The translations under genes and the position numbers were made by a program. Shown piece after piece: positions 46,036-60,531 of a DNA stretch of 64,000 nucleotides. Location: assembly GCF_963853765.1 (NCBI RefSeq), contig NC_088856.1, forward strand, positions 6,200,001 to 6,264,000, in the 5' to 3' direction. This stretch comes from Magallana gigas. Taxonomy: Eukaryota. Position 1 is the first letter of the stretch, and every line of letters begins with the position of its first letter. The notes beneath the pieces were generated by a model. It was not told the origin of the DNA and did no database searches. It saw nothing but the letters and a program-made list of their open reading frames with translations.

Positions 46036-49000
46036 ATAATATGTGAGTAATTTAAGTCTGACAAAATCCATTTTATATCACTTTTTGTAGTAGATATAGT
46101 TATGTTGAAAGTACTCGCAAATCTTCGAAAATAGGTCACTGAAGCGTTGAAGCGAGGGGCTGTGTCAAAAATAGTTCGGACCGGAAGTACTAGTCTAGTA
46201 TTTGAGCAAAGGTTTATCACACGGGTAATATACACCACACGTATGAGATAAATGCAGAATATGTTCTATATGAAAAAAGTACCCGACCGTTTCTTTGAGA
46301 CTCGATGATTCATTAAATATCATGGCAAGGTTGGAGAGGCGCACGGGAGGAGGCTGTCAACCACGCGTTATCAATATGGTGTGTGGACCTTTCTTTCCAA
46401 GTATTATGACCCCCCCCCCCTTTATGAGGAAGTAATGTATTCCTTTGTGGCACATACATGTATTTGCCTCTCTCTCTCACTTGGAAGAATGGTAGTGCGT
46501 GTCTGGTTTCCAGAAAGTACCACATCACATATATTTCATAAGGAAGCGCGTTACGATCTAAACGTACATGTAGACCTTGTGACCGATTCCCCAAGTTATC
46601 TGAAAGCTAAATCACGTCATCATAAAGTACTTGTGGGTTCTTGCAATCAATTATATTCCATTATCAACGTCTAAATTAAGGCCTTTGTCAATAACGTATC
46701 AAGCACTGGGACTGGGTGAAGTTTTTCTTCCTTCATAAAATTTTCAGCGCCGGACTTTGATCTGAAACAAGAAACAGAAAAAATATGGAAGCATGTTTTA
46801 CAACCTTCGGGTTAATTTCATAATGAAAGGGGTTAGTATGCCAAGTGAACAATTAGCTGAATGAAAGTCATTTCGGGTAATTGACGGTATAAGTAAGACA
46901 CTTGAACCCTTTCATAACGACTTAATGGTCTTGAATGGTTTGGTTGAAAGGTCCCATTTCCCGCTATTCAGAGCAGTTGAGCTTTTGTCTGCAGCTCAGT
47001 TTCCTGTGGTGTCTCTGGTACATGCATGTCAACAATTTGGGCTTTAAACTCAATTTTTATTTTGACTTCCCAGAAATAATAAAGGAGAGTGAACTCAAGA
47101 AACCCCAGCCGCAATTGATTCTTTAGAATGGAGAGCGAAGTCGCGAAGGCGGCCATGATGACGTGACGTCACAGCGTGATTTCAAACCGAGATATACATG
47201 AGATAACAATGATTACTTTTGAATGTTGACTTTTTTTTCTCCTACGGTGTCCGCTATCCAGAGCATAACCCGGGAACGATAATGCTATCGCTTTTTCAAA
47301 AAACTAGTCCACATTACGACATTATGATCTGCATGCAGACATTGTCAGAACTTGAAGTGCCCGTGCTCCCTCAGTCGATCGAATCGACAATGGTGAATAA
47401 CCACACAGAGCAGACACTTCAGAGTCTTTATGTTTGTAGTATTAATTTTGAGTGAATTATAACTTTTTAGATTCATCATTATTATCCTGTCAAGTCCGCA
47501 CAAACTATTAATAGCAGTCTGGCTGAAATTAGCCCCATTCGCAAGTAGAAGGGGTTGGACTTCAATCTGATTTTCAGGCAGCTAGAGTACATGCACGTTA
47601 CAGTCACTGTGGTAGAAATGAAAGTGATTGGTGATTGCCTTAACATTATACATGTATGCCCTTTACAGTCTAGTATTATCAGTTTCTAAAGGTGGCTGCG
47701 TGGTTAACAAATTACCCATTATGTCTTCTTCAAAAATTTATGTATGATTATTTAAGCTATTAACTATTATTTAGTTTTTAAAAATTCCAAATATTTTTGT
47801 TAAAATTTGAGTATTTTGAACTATCTTCGTGTATCCATCTTTATAGGACGAGAGAGAGAGAGAGATGCCGGAAAGTATTTAATGTAAGATTGAGGGGAAA
47901 ACATACAAGTTGAGTTGATGCCTACGATAGCGACCTTATAATAGTACATCGCGGAATATTTGCCTTCTATAAATCTGTGGCATATTTTCAACTCATCATA
48001 TGCAAAAAATAATACTTTAAAATATTACTAATTTTCAACTAAACGTATATGCATGATTTGCATAATACATTACTATGATTGGGACTCTTATACAATATTT
48101 ACAAAATACATGCAGCAATAGTTTTCTAGAAGTTTGTGTTAGATCTAGAAACAATTCAAAGAAAATAATGAATTTTTCTTCTAAAAATTCTTCTTCTCGG
48201 TTTAATCAATGATACAGATAACACACCTGTTACGGTGTCTTACACCATCGCGGTAAAATCGTGACCCCGCGATCACCGCGATGACAATACCGCGACGGTG
48301 TATCGCGGAAAGGATTAAAACACCATCACGGTGTCGCGGGAAAATACGGGATCCGCGTTGGCCGTAGTGTATCTTCTTCTCGAGGAGATCAGTATAATCT
48401 TAAAATGGTCACGGCCATTCACCCTTCTTAAACCAGGAACACTGTAATATTTTATTTGAAACAACCAATGTGGAATCGGATTTTCATTTATTTATTTCTT
48501 TAATAACTTATTTTTATTGTTTTTTATTTTTTACTTCATTTTGGAAAGCACTATTTTTACCCTTATACAACAGCTAGGACCCATTGACCTAATTAAAAAC
48601 CTTGTAATTTAGACTCGTTAATTAAAACTGTACTCGTGACACTGTTAAGTGATATGGCCTTTATGTCAATGTAAATAATATATATCTAGTGAAACTAATC
48701 CTTTGAAATGATTCCCCAACCGAACCAATTAATGTAACATGAAAGCATCGCTGTAACCCGGACCAAGACGTTTCCCGGAAATCCGTCGATATTTTTCCCG
48801 CCATGCCACCTTGAAAGCACTCTTTTAAAAATGATTTCCGATTCATGACCCTCGTTTACCGCTATCTAGGGTATATATCATTTCTGGGGTGTTTTTTTTT
48901 ATTATTGAAAGACGAACGATAAGAGATATAGTAGAGTACTAATGAACTATATTGTTTTAGATATTGTTCTTTCAAATAGCCTAAGCTCTAAATATCAAAC

Positions 49001-49404
49001 ATACATTATGGAGAAAGAAGAATCGAAAAAAGATGCCTTCTGAAGCTAACTTCTGGGTATTAAGTTTCATTGTTTTTGGATTACAAGTGCATAGTATCTC
49101 CAGAGACTGTGATTGATTGTATAAAATGAACCCCCAACCTTTAAACACGAGGAAATAGATCAATTTGATAAATAAAAACAGAATGGAATATTAATATTAA
49201 TGGGAAAGGCTCACTTTTCTTCAAGAAGAAAAAAATGGCATAATTATACAAAGAGAGGACAGAGAACACAGACTCAAAGTACATGTACTGTAGTAAAGAT
49301 AGAATAGAACTTATTTTTCCAAATAAAGGCCTAATGGGGCATGCCATATAATAATGATGACATATAAACATAATAAATACAAATACAGTCTGACAATATT
49401 ATAC

Positions 49405-49890
49405 ATTTATTGCATGATTGTGAGGGAAATATGAAGATTTATTCCCCCAGAAAAATCATATTCCCCGAGGGCAACACCCGAGAGAAATGTGATTTTTCTG
49501 GGGGAATATTCCATCACAATCATGCAATAAATTGTTTATTATACCGAATAGCATGTGATAATTTAGAATACATCGGTTTCTATTCGTTTTTTAATTCCAG
49601 TAAAGCAATAACGTAGTTAATGTTTACCGGTTTCTTTCTATGACAGGTTTTTTCTGACATAAAAAAGATTTAAAACAATTTTTAATAGAATTAATCATTT
49701 AATTACCTCGTATGCTCATTCTCGGGATTTTTCATAAGCATGGAATGAAAATTCGAGGGGGAAGGATATAATGAAAAATATGACGATGACAGGGAAATAT
49801 GAAGTTTTATTTCCCTGCATGGCACGTGATTGTCTAGAACCAATCAGATAACGCATTATATAGAATAATCATATTGAGGTGTAATAAAAT
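49405..49890. mobile_element. Non-autonomous element with a terminal palindrome and internal direct repeat
   Basis: Palindrome 49405-49532 (ATTTATTGCATGATTGTGA..TCACAATCATGCAATAAAT); GGGAAATATGAAG(A/T)TTTATT repeated near 49793. Confidence 0.65.
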
Positions 49891-52800
49891 GATATTGTAT
49901 CTTCAATAGAGCATGTCTAGTCCGACAGCTATACATATATATGATGTACATAAATGTTTTGACCATAATTGACTTGGTGAAGTTTACAATCATGTAAATT
50001 TTTATCACATACTTCTTAGCTTTTCCCCATTTCTTTGCCCTACATAATGAAACAGGACTCTCTGCGCAGTGCCCATGTACCGGAAATTGGAAATAAGGAG
50101 AATGTCTTAATAGGCATTTGCTATCTGTTATTACAGTACTCTGGTTACGTAATATACCTGGGAAACCATTTTTTGGATGGTTTTTAAGTTAAATAATCTT
50201 GTTGAAGCACAAAGCATGGCCAATGAAAGAATTCATGAACAATTAAAGTAACCATTACGGGCTGTTTTCGGTTGATTTCTGATAAAGGAAGGAATACGTA
50301 AAAATTGAGAAAAAATATCAATTGAAATTGTTTTGCATTTTTTGCTAGATTTTGTTTAGTATTCTATAATTGTTTAGCGATAGACGAAAAAGAAAAAGAG
50401 ATTTCAATATGAGTCGTTTCCAACATCACTCTCATTAAAAGACGAAGAGAAAAAGGTGAAATGTTCGGAAAACAAAAAAGGAATGAACAGAATGAAAAAA
50501 AAACACACCATAAAACGTAGAAATAGACAATTTGAAATACTTAAAATCATATATAAATCGAACCCTGGAATTTTGTAATAAACCACAGATAACCAATGAT
50601 AGATGGAGGGGAATAAAGTAAAACAAAGACATGCCGAACACCTAAGCAAAATGAAAGAAGTGCTAATATCTAGAACCACTTGAATAATAGGAACTGTTTG
50701 CAATGCAGATATTGTCCCAAGTCGACGATTGACATGTAGCCGTTAATGTCTTTTGTAATTAAAAAAAAATTAAATTTTCAATATATGTCGCTAATTACTA
50801 GTAATATCCTTTATATGTTGTTGCTACTCTCGTGCTCCCAGGTATAAAGGAATATCTACTCAAAATGGCAGGTTGCAATAAACCATGTGCATTAAGAAAT
50901 ATCACAACCTAGTTCTTGAAATGAGCATGAAACATGAATAATTGAGTATACGTTTTGTTTGGTTGTACTAGTAACTATAAATATCGCAGACATGCACATT
51001 AACCATGTAAGCGAGAAAATTGAAATATTGATTTAAATCGTAAAAAGGTCCTTTTGAAAATCGATACATGGCGTTTTGTTTGATGACTTTTTAGGGGCGT
51101 TTAGGTATAATTAGCACTCATTTAGTTTAAGCCCGCGCTGAGCAGAATGTAAATATTTCTATTCATTTTCTATAGTTTATGTATTTGACACAATAACAAT
51201 TACGATTTTTTTAAGGACAGAAGGACAAAACAGAAGTTGTTTGATAAAACCACAAGGCTTTGATATTGTTATGTTGCTATTTTGTCGTAGCAAATGCAGA
51301 TCCTACCAACACTATTAATTTCAAATCCTTGAACCCTCTGTTTGAGTAATTCTTACTTATCAAGTGTTTGAAATGAATTTTTGTTCAAAGCAGTAATAAG
51401 GACATAATATTCCCCTTGACTTTGGGGTAATTAGTAAACCCGTTGACGTCCTATTGCCATATTAGGTCGCGATGTGACCTTTCTAATCGTTTTAGAAAGA
51501 TAAAAGTGCGTTTAATTATCTCAATAATTATGTTAGATGTTACTAATTGAATAACACGCAATAATTTACGATTCGCCTACATATTACTGTACCCTAAGGA
51601 TAGGACGTGTGTTATTGGTAATGATTCGGCGACAAGAAAACGCTTTATGAAATTTCTCATAAATATTACTATGTACTCGCTGACACAACGAAAATATTTA
51701 AACAATATTAAGTTAACACCATGGCAGACATACAGAACTTTGTTGCCGAATTGTTTTTCTTCTTCCCACCTTTTCATGTTTTTTTTCCTAATTGAATCTC
51801 GTAAATTTGTCCTTTTTCAAGAACAATTAGAAACTTCAGTCATTGGATTGCATTTTTGTGTTTGATTATCTTCTAAATCAAAATGAAAGTCAAGGCACTA
51901 TGTACATTTAAAAACAACCAAACTGGAACCAAAGTTTTGATGAATCATGTTCTGTAGTAGTTTGTCAAATTGTGAAAATCTTGCAAGTTCTGCACTGTTA
52001 AAATCTGCTGTCGCGAAAAGGCCAAAATAAGCTTTGCTCTGAAAATAAATAATTTCATTGTGATCAATTTTGAAATATCCTCACAATGTAAACTTAAAAA
52101 GTAGAAAATGAGATATTTTCAACAATTTATGTAATGCGTTCTTAAAAGATCAATGTGTAAGTAACGGAATATAGAGAAATTACAATAAGAAACATAACAT
52201 TTTCTGATGCTCTAACTTACGAAGGTTTCATTCATATTAATTTATTTATTTTCAGGAAAGTAGTTAAATTCATCGTTACTTTCAGACATAAATTCATTCA
52301 AACTATATGATAACATATATCTTACTTGGATAAACATTTGTATTGCGGATTGACTCAAAAACGAAATCAACGAAACTTAGGACCATCAAATACATCTGTG
52401 ACTTAATCAAACAGCCGCGAAATGAAATGAACGATCGATTTTGCTTCAGGAAGATCCGGGTCCGACTCGCATCATTGGTCGGCTCAAACTAGAAGTACAT
52501 GTATATTTGATCATGAAAATTTATTTTTAGTGTAGTGAGGTTTATATTTTTTTTTTTAAGTGTAGTAAGGTTTTTAACAGAATTTATAGCACGATCATGT
52601 GACTGCAATCAACCTTGGGCAAAATACGACAGACAATATTATAATTAACTCTTGTTGTGAACTGGGTTTCCATTGAACGTTTTTGTTAAATAGGAATCCT
52701 CTTATTTATTTTGATTATTCAGTAATCTACATGTATTTCATATTCTATATTACAACAATTCAGTGTGAATTCAATAGGATTCAAGCTCAGGAATTTCACA

Positions 52801-54000
52801 TTTACCCCCCCCCCCCCCCCCCCTTCCGATAATACCCAGAATGATTATTGTCATGGCCATTCTTAAAGCTTCGCCAAAATGTGAATGTCACTAGTCGAGT
52901 TACTAAGTTTTTTTTAATGATTGAAACCCTGTCTATGCCCTTCTACATTGTAATTCTATAGTTAAGTTAATTATTGCTGATTATAAATGCATGCGTGTAA
53001 TGCATTTATTAAGTCCTGGTCAATATATAGCACATGTATATAAAACCAATATTAATTTTTTTTTTTTTACCCATTCTGCATACTAACATACTGGCCTTTA
53101 GCCCAGTCTCGTCGTATATTTAGAATTGATTATGAGATAATTCCTCCTTTCATGTAATTCATAAAAGTGTGTCATCATATTCCACCAATTTCATTAATTT
53201 CTATTGTTTGGAAAATTTAAACCTTTGCAAGCCTTGTTCCTTTTTCTGCACGCAATCTGTTTACACAAAATATTGGGAGTAAAGCCGAACAAAGATATGA
53301 AAAATGTGAATTGTTGTCCCAGTCTGTTAAAAAGTTATTGTTGTCGTTTATTTAGGTCAACATACAAAATTTGCCATGCAACATTTAACCTAAAAAAATC
53401 GAAAAAGGATCTTCGTTTCTGCTTTTCCTTTAAACTTCTAATATATAAAGTGTTTATCGAGTTTCAGATTGAATATACCGGTAGAACCTCGATGTGAAAT
53501 TGTGTTCCATATTTTCCATTTTATGGTCATATATAAACAGAAACACATATTGTACAAAACATACAAATGTCGATTGAAATTATCTGTAAAAGGATACGTG
53601 AATCCTTTTAACATATTTAGACTTAGCAAATCTCCAGACGACCTATTATGTCGAAATTTCGATGTTCGATTTTTTTCTGCCTAATTAGTTTGGCGTTAAT
53701 TCCTATTTTTGCGCTCTCTTTCCGTCTATTTTGTTTTTGGCGTTTGCTAGATATATAATTCATAACGAAACATAGTTTATTTTTTTTTTGATATTTTATT
53801 CATAATCTAAACATTTACAAGTGTGTATTTTAACAATAATTTTTGACACAGTAGAAAAAATAGTAAACAATATTTTATATTTGTGTCACCAACTCTCCTT
53901 TTCAGCTCGCTTTCTTTTTTGCATGCCCGATGAATGAATAGCGAAGCATACTGTATAGTCTGTAGAATTAATAAATAAATAAATGAATAAATAAATTTTA

Positions 54001-54790
54001 AACAAGAGGTCCATGAGCCACATCACTCACATGAGCAACAATAGGCATGATAAAATCAGCTTCATAGAGTCGTAATACAAAATATCTGGACAATATAACA
54101 TAATACATGTAAATCCTGTATAAAAAATTGATTAAAAGTCCCTTTTCTAACAGAATGATTTTCTAATCACATCACATCCAACATTGCAGTTCTCAAAAAG
54201 ACCCTAAACAATTGTTTATATACAGGATATATACCATCATCAAACTCTAAACCCCTTGTGATGCCCAATAATTGTCCAGGGGCCAAAGTTTAAACAATTT
54301 TAAAGAATCAGCAATATGTAATAATGCTTGAATATAAGTAAAAGAATATATAAATAATTTCAGTTTTTGTAAATATTTAAAATGTTTTCCTTTGTACAAC
54401 TGGATCCTCAATGTGGCCCCACCCCATTCCTAAAGTTTTTGATTAGAGCAAATTTGAATCTACATGCACTATCTGAAGTTGCTCTCACTAAAGTTACAGC
54501 TTTTCTAGGCAAATTTTTTTTTAGAAAAACATTGAAAAGATATTGCTCTATATATTCCAAGTTTCAGCTTTCCTGGCCAAATGGTTCTTGAAATGAAGAT
54601 TTTGAAAGATTAACTCGATATTTTCCTATGTAAAAAGTCGACCCTCATTGTGGCCCCACTTTACCCCTGGGGGTAAAATTTCACAATTTTAAATCTACAG
54701 TACGTGAGGACGCTTCCACACAAGTTTTAGCTTTCCTGGCTTTATGGTTCTAGAGAAGATTTTTAAAGAATTCTCGAAAAATTTCAGAAT
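54001..54790 (-). mobile_element. Helentron/HINE-like element with Cg170-like monomers of about 163 bp
   Basis: Begins AACAAGAGGTCCATGAGCCACATCACTCAC, which I recognise as an end motif of oyster Helitron-N2/CvA-type elements; repeated GTGGCCCCAC and AGCTTTCCTGGC blocks (54566, 54729). Confidence 0.65.
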
Positions 54791-55564
54791 TTGAGAATAT
54801 ACATAACACTAACAGACAAGTAAATATTCAAGGTAGATACTGCACCTTAAAGAGATGCAAACAATGCAATGTTGGTAGATAGTTATAGTCAATATAGTAA
54901 TACCTACGCAAAGCCACTCAAGCAAAATGGGTCTTAAAGTAAGTTTTAAACTGAGAACTAGTATCGGAATGATGTTGTGCTTCTTTTGTAGCACAAGGAC
55001 TCTTAAATACAGGCCGTACATAGATTATGACAGGCCGCGTTCGATTGGCTGTCTGTAATATCGGAGTAGTGTTTGCTTTGGCTTCGAGTGTTTAATGGGT
55101 TATGATAGATGCGAATTGTGCATTACTCTTGACATCCTCTATTCACTCAGCGTTATTTTTTAACCCCTGGTATCAACACCGGTCATATTTCCTGGCTTTT
55201 AATGATTCAGTGAGCTTGTTTGGTTATTGGGGATATTACTGTAGTAAATTGTTTACACTGTTTTAGATATAATTACATTGGAAAGTTTGAGATATCGAGA
55301 TCTCTTTCTCACATTCTTTATATACTATGAGTAAGCACATGTCTGTTCATGTAACCCATTTCCTTTCCCCCTCCAACAACAAAACCATGCAAACAACAAA
55401 AGGAATTTAGAATTTTGAAAATTCAAAAGCAAGACGTAAAAAAAGTTGATTATACAGAAGATATTGAATATAATAAAAATATTAACTATATTAAATTTCA
55501 ATTATTATTAAATTATATTAAATTTCAATTAAATATTTTACTTCTCATGCACCGTGAGAAGATA

Positions 55565-55795
55565 TGACCGGTAATTCTTACAATGGGAAGTGTAGCCGGC
55601 TCTTCTCTTCGTGAATATATTTTACTGGTACTTCATACCATTGAAAGTGTTAACCGGTACTTCCATGGGGAGATTTGGCCGGTAATTCTTCCCATTGAAA
55701 GTGTTAACCAGTCCTTCTTACAGTGGGAACATTTGACCGGTTCTTCCTAATTCTTACCAATGGAAGCAAAAACCGGTATTTCTCAGTAAGGAACA
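55565..55795 (+). repeat. Degenerate 29-bp tandem array (8 units) with an ACCGGT-like core
   Basis: Cores at 55568, 55596, 55625, 55654, 55679, 55708, 55737, 55773. Confidence 0.75.
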
Positions 55796-57649
55796 AAAAT
55801 GACATCAATATCAGCAAATTTAGCTGATGGCATTGTTCGAATGACAAGAACTGGTAAATTTGGATGCTAACACGGGTTCAAAGAATAATCGTTCATAACA
55901 GAGCTCTATCTAAAAATAGTTCTATCAGTTTTTGTCATAAAATATAGTGTACTTAATTGCATTTTTCAAATAGATTACTTTTATTTTGATCATACACAAC
56001 TTTCATTGATGGCCAATGGTACTTATTCAGAGTCAATTTCAGTGAATCTTTTATTTCCTGTGTATTCTAACGTTTTACGTGACTTTAATCATTCTCAAAT
56101 ACCAAATCACTAAAATGGCTATTAATGGAGCGCAAGATGATAACTTTAGAAGCCTGCTAAAACTATTAATATAGCGATCAACTGACCATTCAGAGTGTTT
56201 CAAAAAAGCAACACTTGTGCATGGCGGACCTTCAGCAAATATTGACACGAACGAGAGGGGAAAAGAGAAAGCGCTTTACGTTTTTCTAATCTGTAAATAT
56301 TTTTCCTTTAAATAAAAGATTTGTGTGTTTTCGTTTTTGGTCAGTGAGAACTTCAATGGAGTAAAAAGGTTGTAATCAATACGCGCGGTCTGGCTGGGTG
56401 GCTGCTTACTTTGCTGGGTAAGTGTCGGCGCCTTTTAATGTACAAGTATTGAACTTGATGTCGATCGGGTCTGAAAATGTCATCCGCAATTATCAAGCGT
56501 GTCCAGTAACAGAATTACATTAACTCGAGACAATTCAGGTTAAATTTAGGTTCGTTAGCGGGTGAAAATTCCACAATAAGAAAACTAGTGGTCTTTAAAT
56601 AAGGCACTTAGCATACATGTGAAACTTTCAATACTTATTTTCCTTAAGTAGTGTTTATATATAGACACATTTCGTGTCGACGAGTGCAATGCACAATAAA
56701 AGTGAAGAGAAATACAATACAAACAGACTCAATGTCAGGTCTGAGACACTCAGACATCTCGGTATAATAATTGGTAATCCATTATATGACTTAATTCTAC
56801 GACATATTCCCCATCCATCCACTCTTACTATATTCAAGACAATAGTTACAATTGTTGAACTCCTTGTTAAACTGTAATGAACATTTACATGTATACCATA
56901 TAAATATTTATATATGTACATAGTTATGCTATCGGGGAATTTTACGTAATATCCTCTACATCCACCGGTCTTTATCTATAACAGTTACAACATTTATATT
57001 CACATAAAACAGGGCAAAATGCATGTCTCCATATATCCTCTCTCTAAAATCTAAAGATTACATTAACATTTGAATTCTAAAAAAGGATTCTCTCCGAATT
57101 ATTTACAATTGGCTTTATGTACATGTATGTTTTCGATGTATTTCAATTGTTTTGTTAATTGATAATTTAGAATGATAAGTATGTGATTTCTATATTTTTA
57201 AAATATACAAATAGAATGTACTTTTATAAACGAATGCCTCAATCGCGGAAGACTAGATTAAAGTTTGAGGAAATGCATAATTGCTAAATAAATACATTGG
57301 TACTATCTATGATAAAGATAATCTAGTATGTTTTTAATAACTTATAAGTTAGTCCAAAACAGATTAAGCTTAATATTTTTTTTCCCAATTATTCAACTTT
57401 TCTGAAAATTAATTATTTTGTTCTTCAGAATAAAATTAATAAATATACAAATTTTGAAAAAAGAAAACCCGACCTCACTATGTTTACCCACATTGTCCCA
57501 AACCCACCATTTGAATCTTCTTTTTCAGTGAAGTGTAAAATGAAATAGCACTGGTTGTTTTGATTTGCAGTGCTAATAAATATGTTACTTTCAAGATGTT
57601 ACGAATGTTTGATGCTGCTATTTATACACGAGACCTTTTTGTCACTTAA

Positions 57650-58260
57650 AGCTGCTTGGTCCGATTTTTTTGTTATTACAGTATCAATTTTTTTCTTTAC
57701 AAACCATTTATTTAAGAAAGTTAGGGACTTTCTCCTATTTACACCAGCAGAATCAGTCTCCTTTCAAAGTTAGAAATATTCAAAGTAAATAAAAATAATT
57801 TCTTTTTGGGCAAACGAAAAAACAAACCAAAATGCATCACGGGAATGTTTAGAAAAGGAAACCGTTTGGTTTCGTCCCCCGAATAATTGGGTTTATTCAA
57901 CCCGCATGCTATGCATCAATTGTAAAGAAAGAAAACTTAAGAAATATTAGTGAACAAAACGTACACATGTTTATTTGTAATTTGTCTGATCATTTCGACC
58001 TTTATTTAAAGCGATGTCAAAGTCGTAATACAACCATACCCGTCTCGTTGTCAGGGTGATCTTTAACATGAGGCGAAATAACGCGGTACCCTTTTAATGT
58101 CGTTTGTTTTGTTAGCAAATTTTGTACGTATTTTTCTTAATTGAAATTTGGTTTTTTTGACTGGGAAAACTACTGCAATGTCTATTATTATACATATACT
58201 TAGCATAACCATCGTTTAAAAGCGTGCATAAAATTTGATGTAAAATCGGACCAAGCAGCT
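57650..58260. mobile_element. TTAA-flanked Kolobok-like MITE
   Basis: ttaa|AGCTGCTTGGTCCGATTTT ... AAAATCGGACCAAGCAGCT|ttaa, perfect 19-bp TIR. Confidence 0.9.
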
Positions 58261-58706
58261 TTAAGATAATGAAATAAATCAATGCTGGTAACTTAAGGTA
58301 ATTTGTGATGTTCAATTCAATTCAATTGTAAAATGACAATGTAATGTAAAACTAGCGCTTGTGATTTACGTTGTGATTGTAATGAACGCGCAATTAAAAT
58401 ATATCAAAATGATGAAAATTTGACTGTTGATTTCAGATTTAATGATATTTAAATGTATTTGACGGAGGTAAAAAATTTAAAAAATCCTAAATTATGTCAT
58501 CATATTTGTCCTGTTTATATGACCTTAAAATTTAATTATTAAAAATTAAGTTTATACACCCGTGATAATTGTGTCCAAATTGCAGGTCTATAAACTTTTA
58601 AATGATAAATTGCTAAATCTACTCGCAAAATGTTCTCTTCCATTATTAGCATCTGAAATTATATAGTACATAATGAGTTGATTAACATACATTTATGCAC
58701 TTTGTA

Positions 58707-58708
<2 letters not shown>

Positions 58709-58756
<48 letters not shown>
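58709..58756 (+). repeat. (TC)24 microsatellite
   Basis: Pure dinucleotide run. Confidence 0.97.
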
Positions 58757-58760
<4 letters not shown>

Positions 58761-60384
58761 GAAATTGAGTCTTTATTAAATAAAAAGTCTGTCGCATTTC
58801 TAATTTCCACATTATCCAGTCTTGGCTAAGCTCACAACAAGCAGTCCATTTTCTAACGTTTGTTTGCTTTTTTACAGGATGATTTATTTTGTTGAAAATT
58901 AACGCTTTCATTTATAATTTTTTGCGATTATTGCAGACTGCGTTTCTTTACACTTTTTTACCCTTTAATTATATGCATGAAAGCTGATTTTATCATGAAT
59001 AGGACGGGGACCTGCGAACAAGAATGTTTGCCTGAAACGCAGGGATGTGTATGCATGCGGGGGACAGTGGGGAAGATCTGATATTATCTGTGTCCTAAAA
59101 CTTGTGTCCAGCAACGAATTACGTAACCGTTTGTCATTTATCGATAAAGACTGATATAATCAGACTGATTAAACCATGAAATAAAAAAGGTTATTTTTCT
59201 CTATCTTACCCGGAGATTTTAATGAATTATTTTACTTGATGAAATTGCTTCTCCAAGGGTGTTCATGTGTTGTTCAATTTATAATACAATTGAGTATCAT
59301 TACACATTCGGAATGCACAATGAAATTTATCGACACAAATATGACGGTATATTTTTATGATTATTTTTAATAGAATATTTTGTACTTTATGGATATTTTT
59401 TCATTACTTGATAATGAATTTAAATTTTGTCAAAATTGTGAAATAAAAACTTTTGATTAAATCAAAAGAGAAAATATAAAGTATTAATATAACTGACTTT
59501 ATGCCTGATGTAGAATTTAAGTGATAGGAAAAAACCAAATAAAATAAAACGATGCAAAAAAAATCCCTCCAAATTCAACCAGACAAAATTTTTTTTGTAA
59601 TTTAAAGAGATTATTCTATCACTAATCTTTATCAAAAGTTGGATATATTTGTCCCCTACCATTCATTTATTCTGTGTTTCGCGTATTAAACATATAATTT
59701 ATTTATCCTGGTAAATTGAATGTACGTATTATGGCATGGAATTTGAGCGTCAAAGAAAAGTTTGAAAATGACAATTGTTATGCTGTTTCTTGTCTAAAAA
59801 TTCTCATTAAAACATCGAGGTTTCACATATATCACCTAATATTATAAAATACTATTTTATAAAGAATTAATTTCGATATAGTATATGTTATTTTTGGAGA
59901 TTGTTCTCCCCTTAACTCAAACATTGTTTTGAATTTCCTTATTTTATATGGAAAACTTCATTTTTTACTGTTAAAAAAAAAACCTTCCATGTATATCTGG
60001 TTTATTATGTTACTGTAAAGTAAAATATGAAATTGAAAAATGTATGTCTTATAAAATTTCTGAAATGAAAATACTTGACAAAAGATGGACTCTTTGGAGA
60101 AATATTTTTTAAAAGTAGACTCATATACTTTCTTTTCTGTACATTGTATCAACTATATTCCTCAAGCTATTTATTGTATATTCCTGTCGAGATTGTATAA
60201 GTGTTTGTTTGCATGTCTACGTAAAAAATTATAAATTGCAAATAAATAAATTATAAAACAGAAAAAGGAAAAAAATTGAGGGTCACAAATTTCTTTGTAG
60301 ACGCAATAATGTTGTTTATCCATTATATTCTTGTGTCAACCGCAAAGACTTGTATCTCTTTTTTCTTCATTTGTAAGAAATGTA

Positions 60385-60531
60385 NNNNNNNNNNNNNNNN
60401 NNNNNNNNNNNNNNNNNNNNNNNNNNNNNNNNNNNNNNNNNNNNNNNNNNNNNNNNNNNNNNNNNNNNNNNNNNNNNNNNNNNNNNNNNNNNNNNNNNNN
60501 NNNNNNNNNNNNNNNNNNNNNNNNNNNNNNN
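60385..60531. other. Assembly gap (147 N)
   Basis: Run of N. Confidence 0.99.

Noticed and set aside
50404-50703. Minus-strand hydrophobic ORFs
   Set aside because: Antisense of A-rich low-complexity DNA; F/L/I bias expected by chance
52450-52494. Possible 45-nt micro-exon EDPGPTRIIGRLKLE
   Set aside because: Good acceptor but weak donor, no recognisable homology or partner exons
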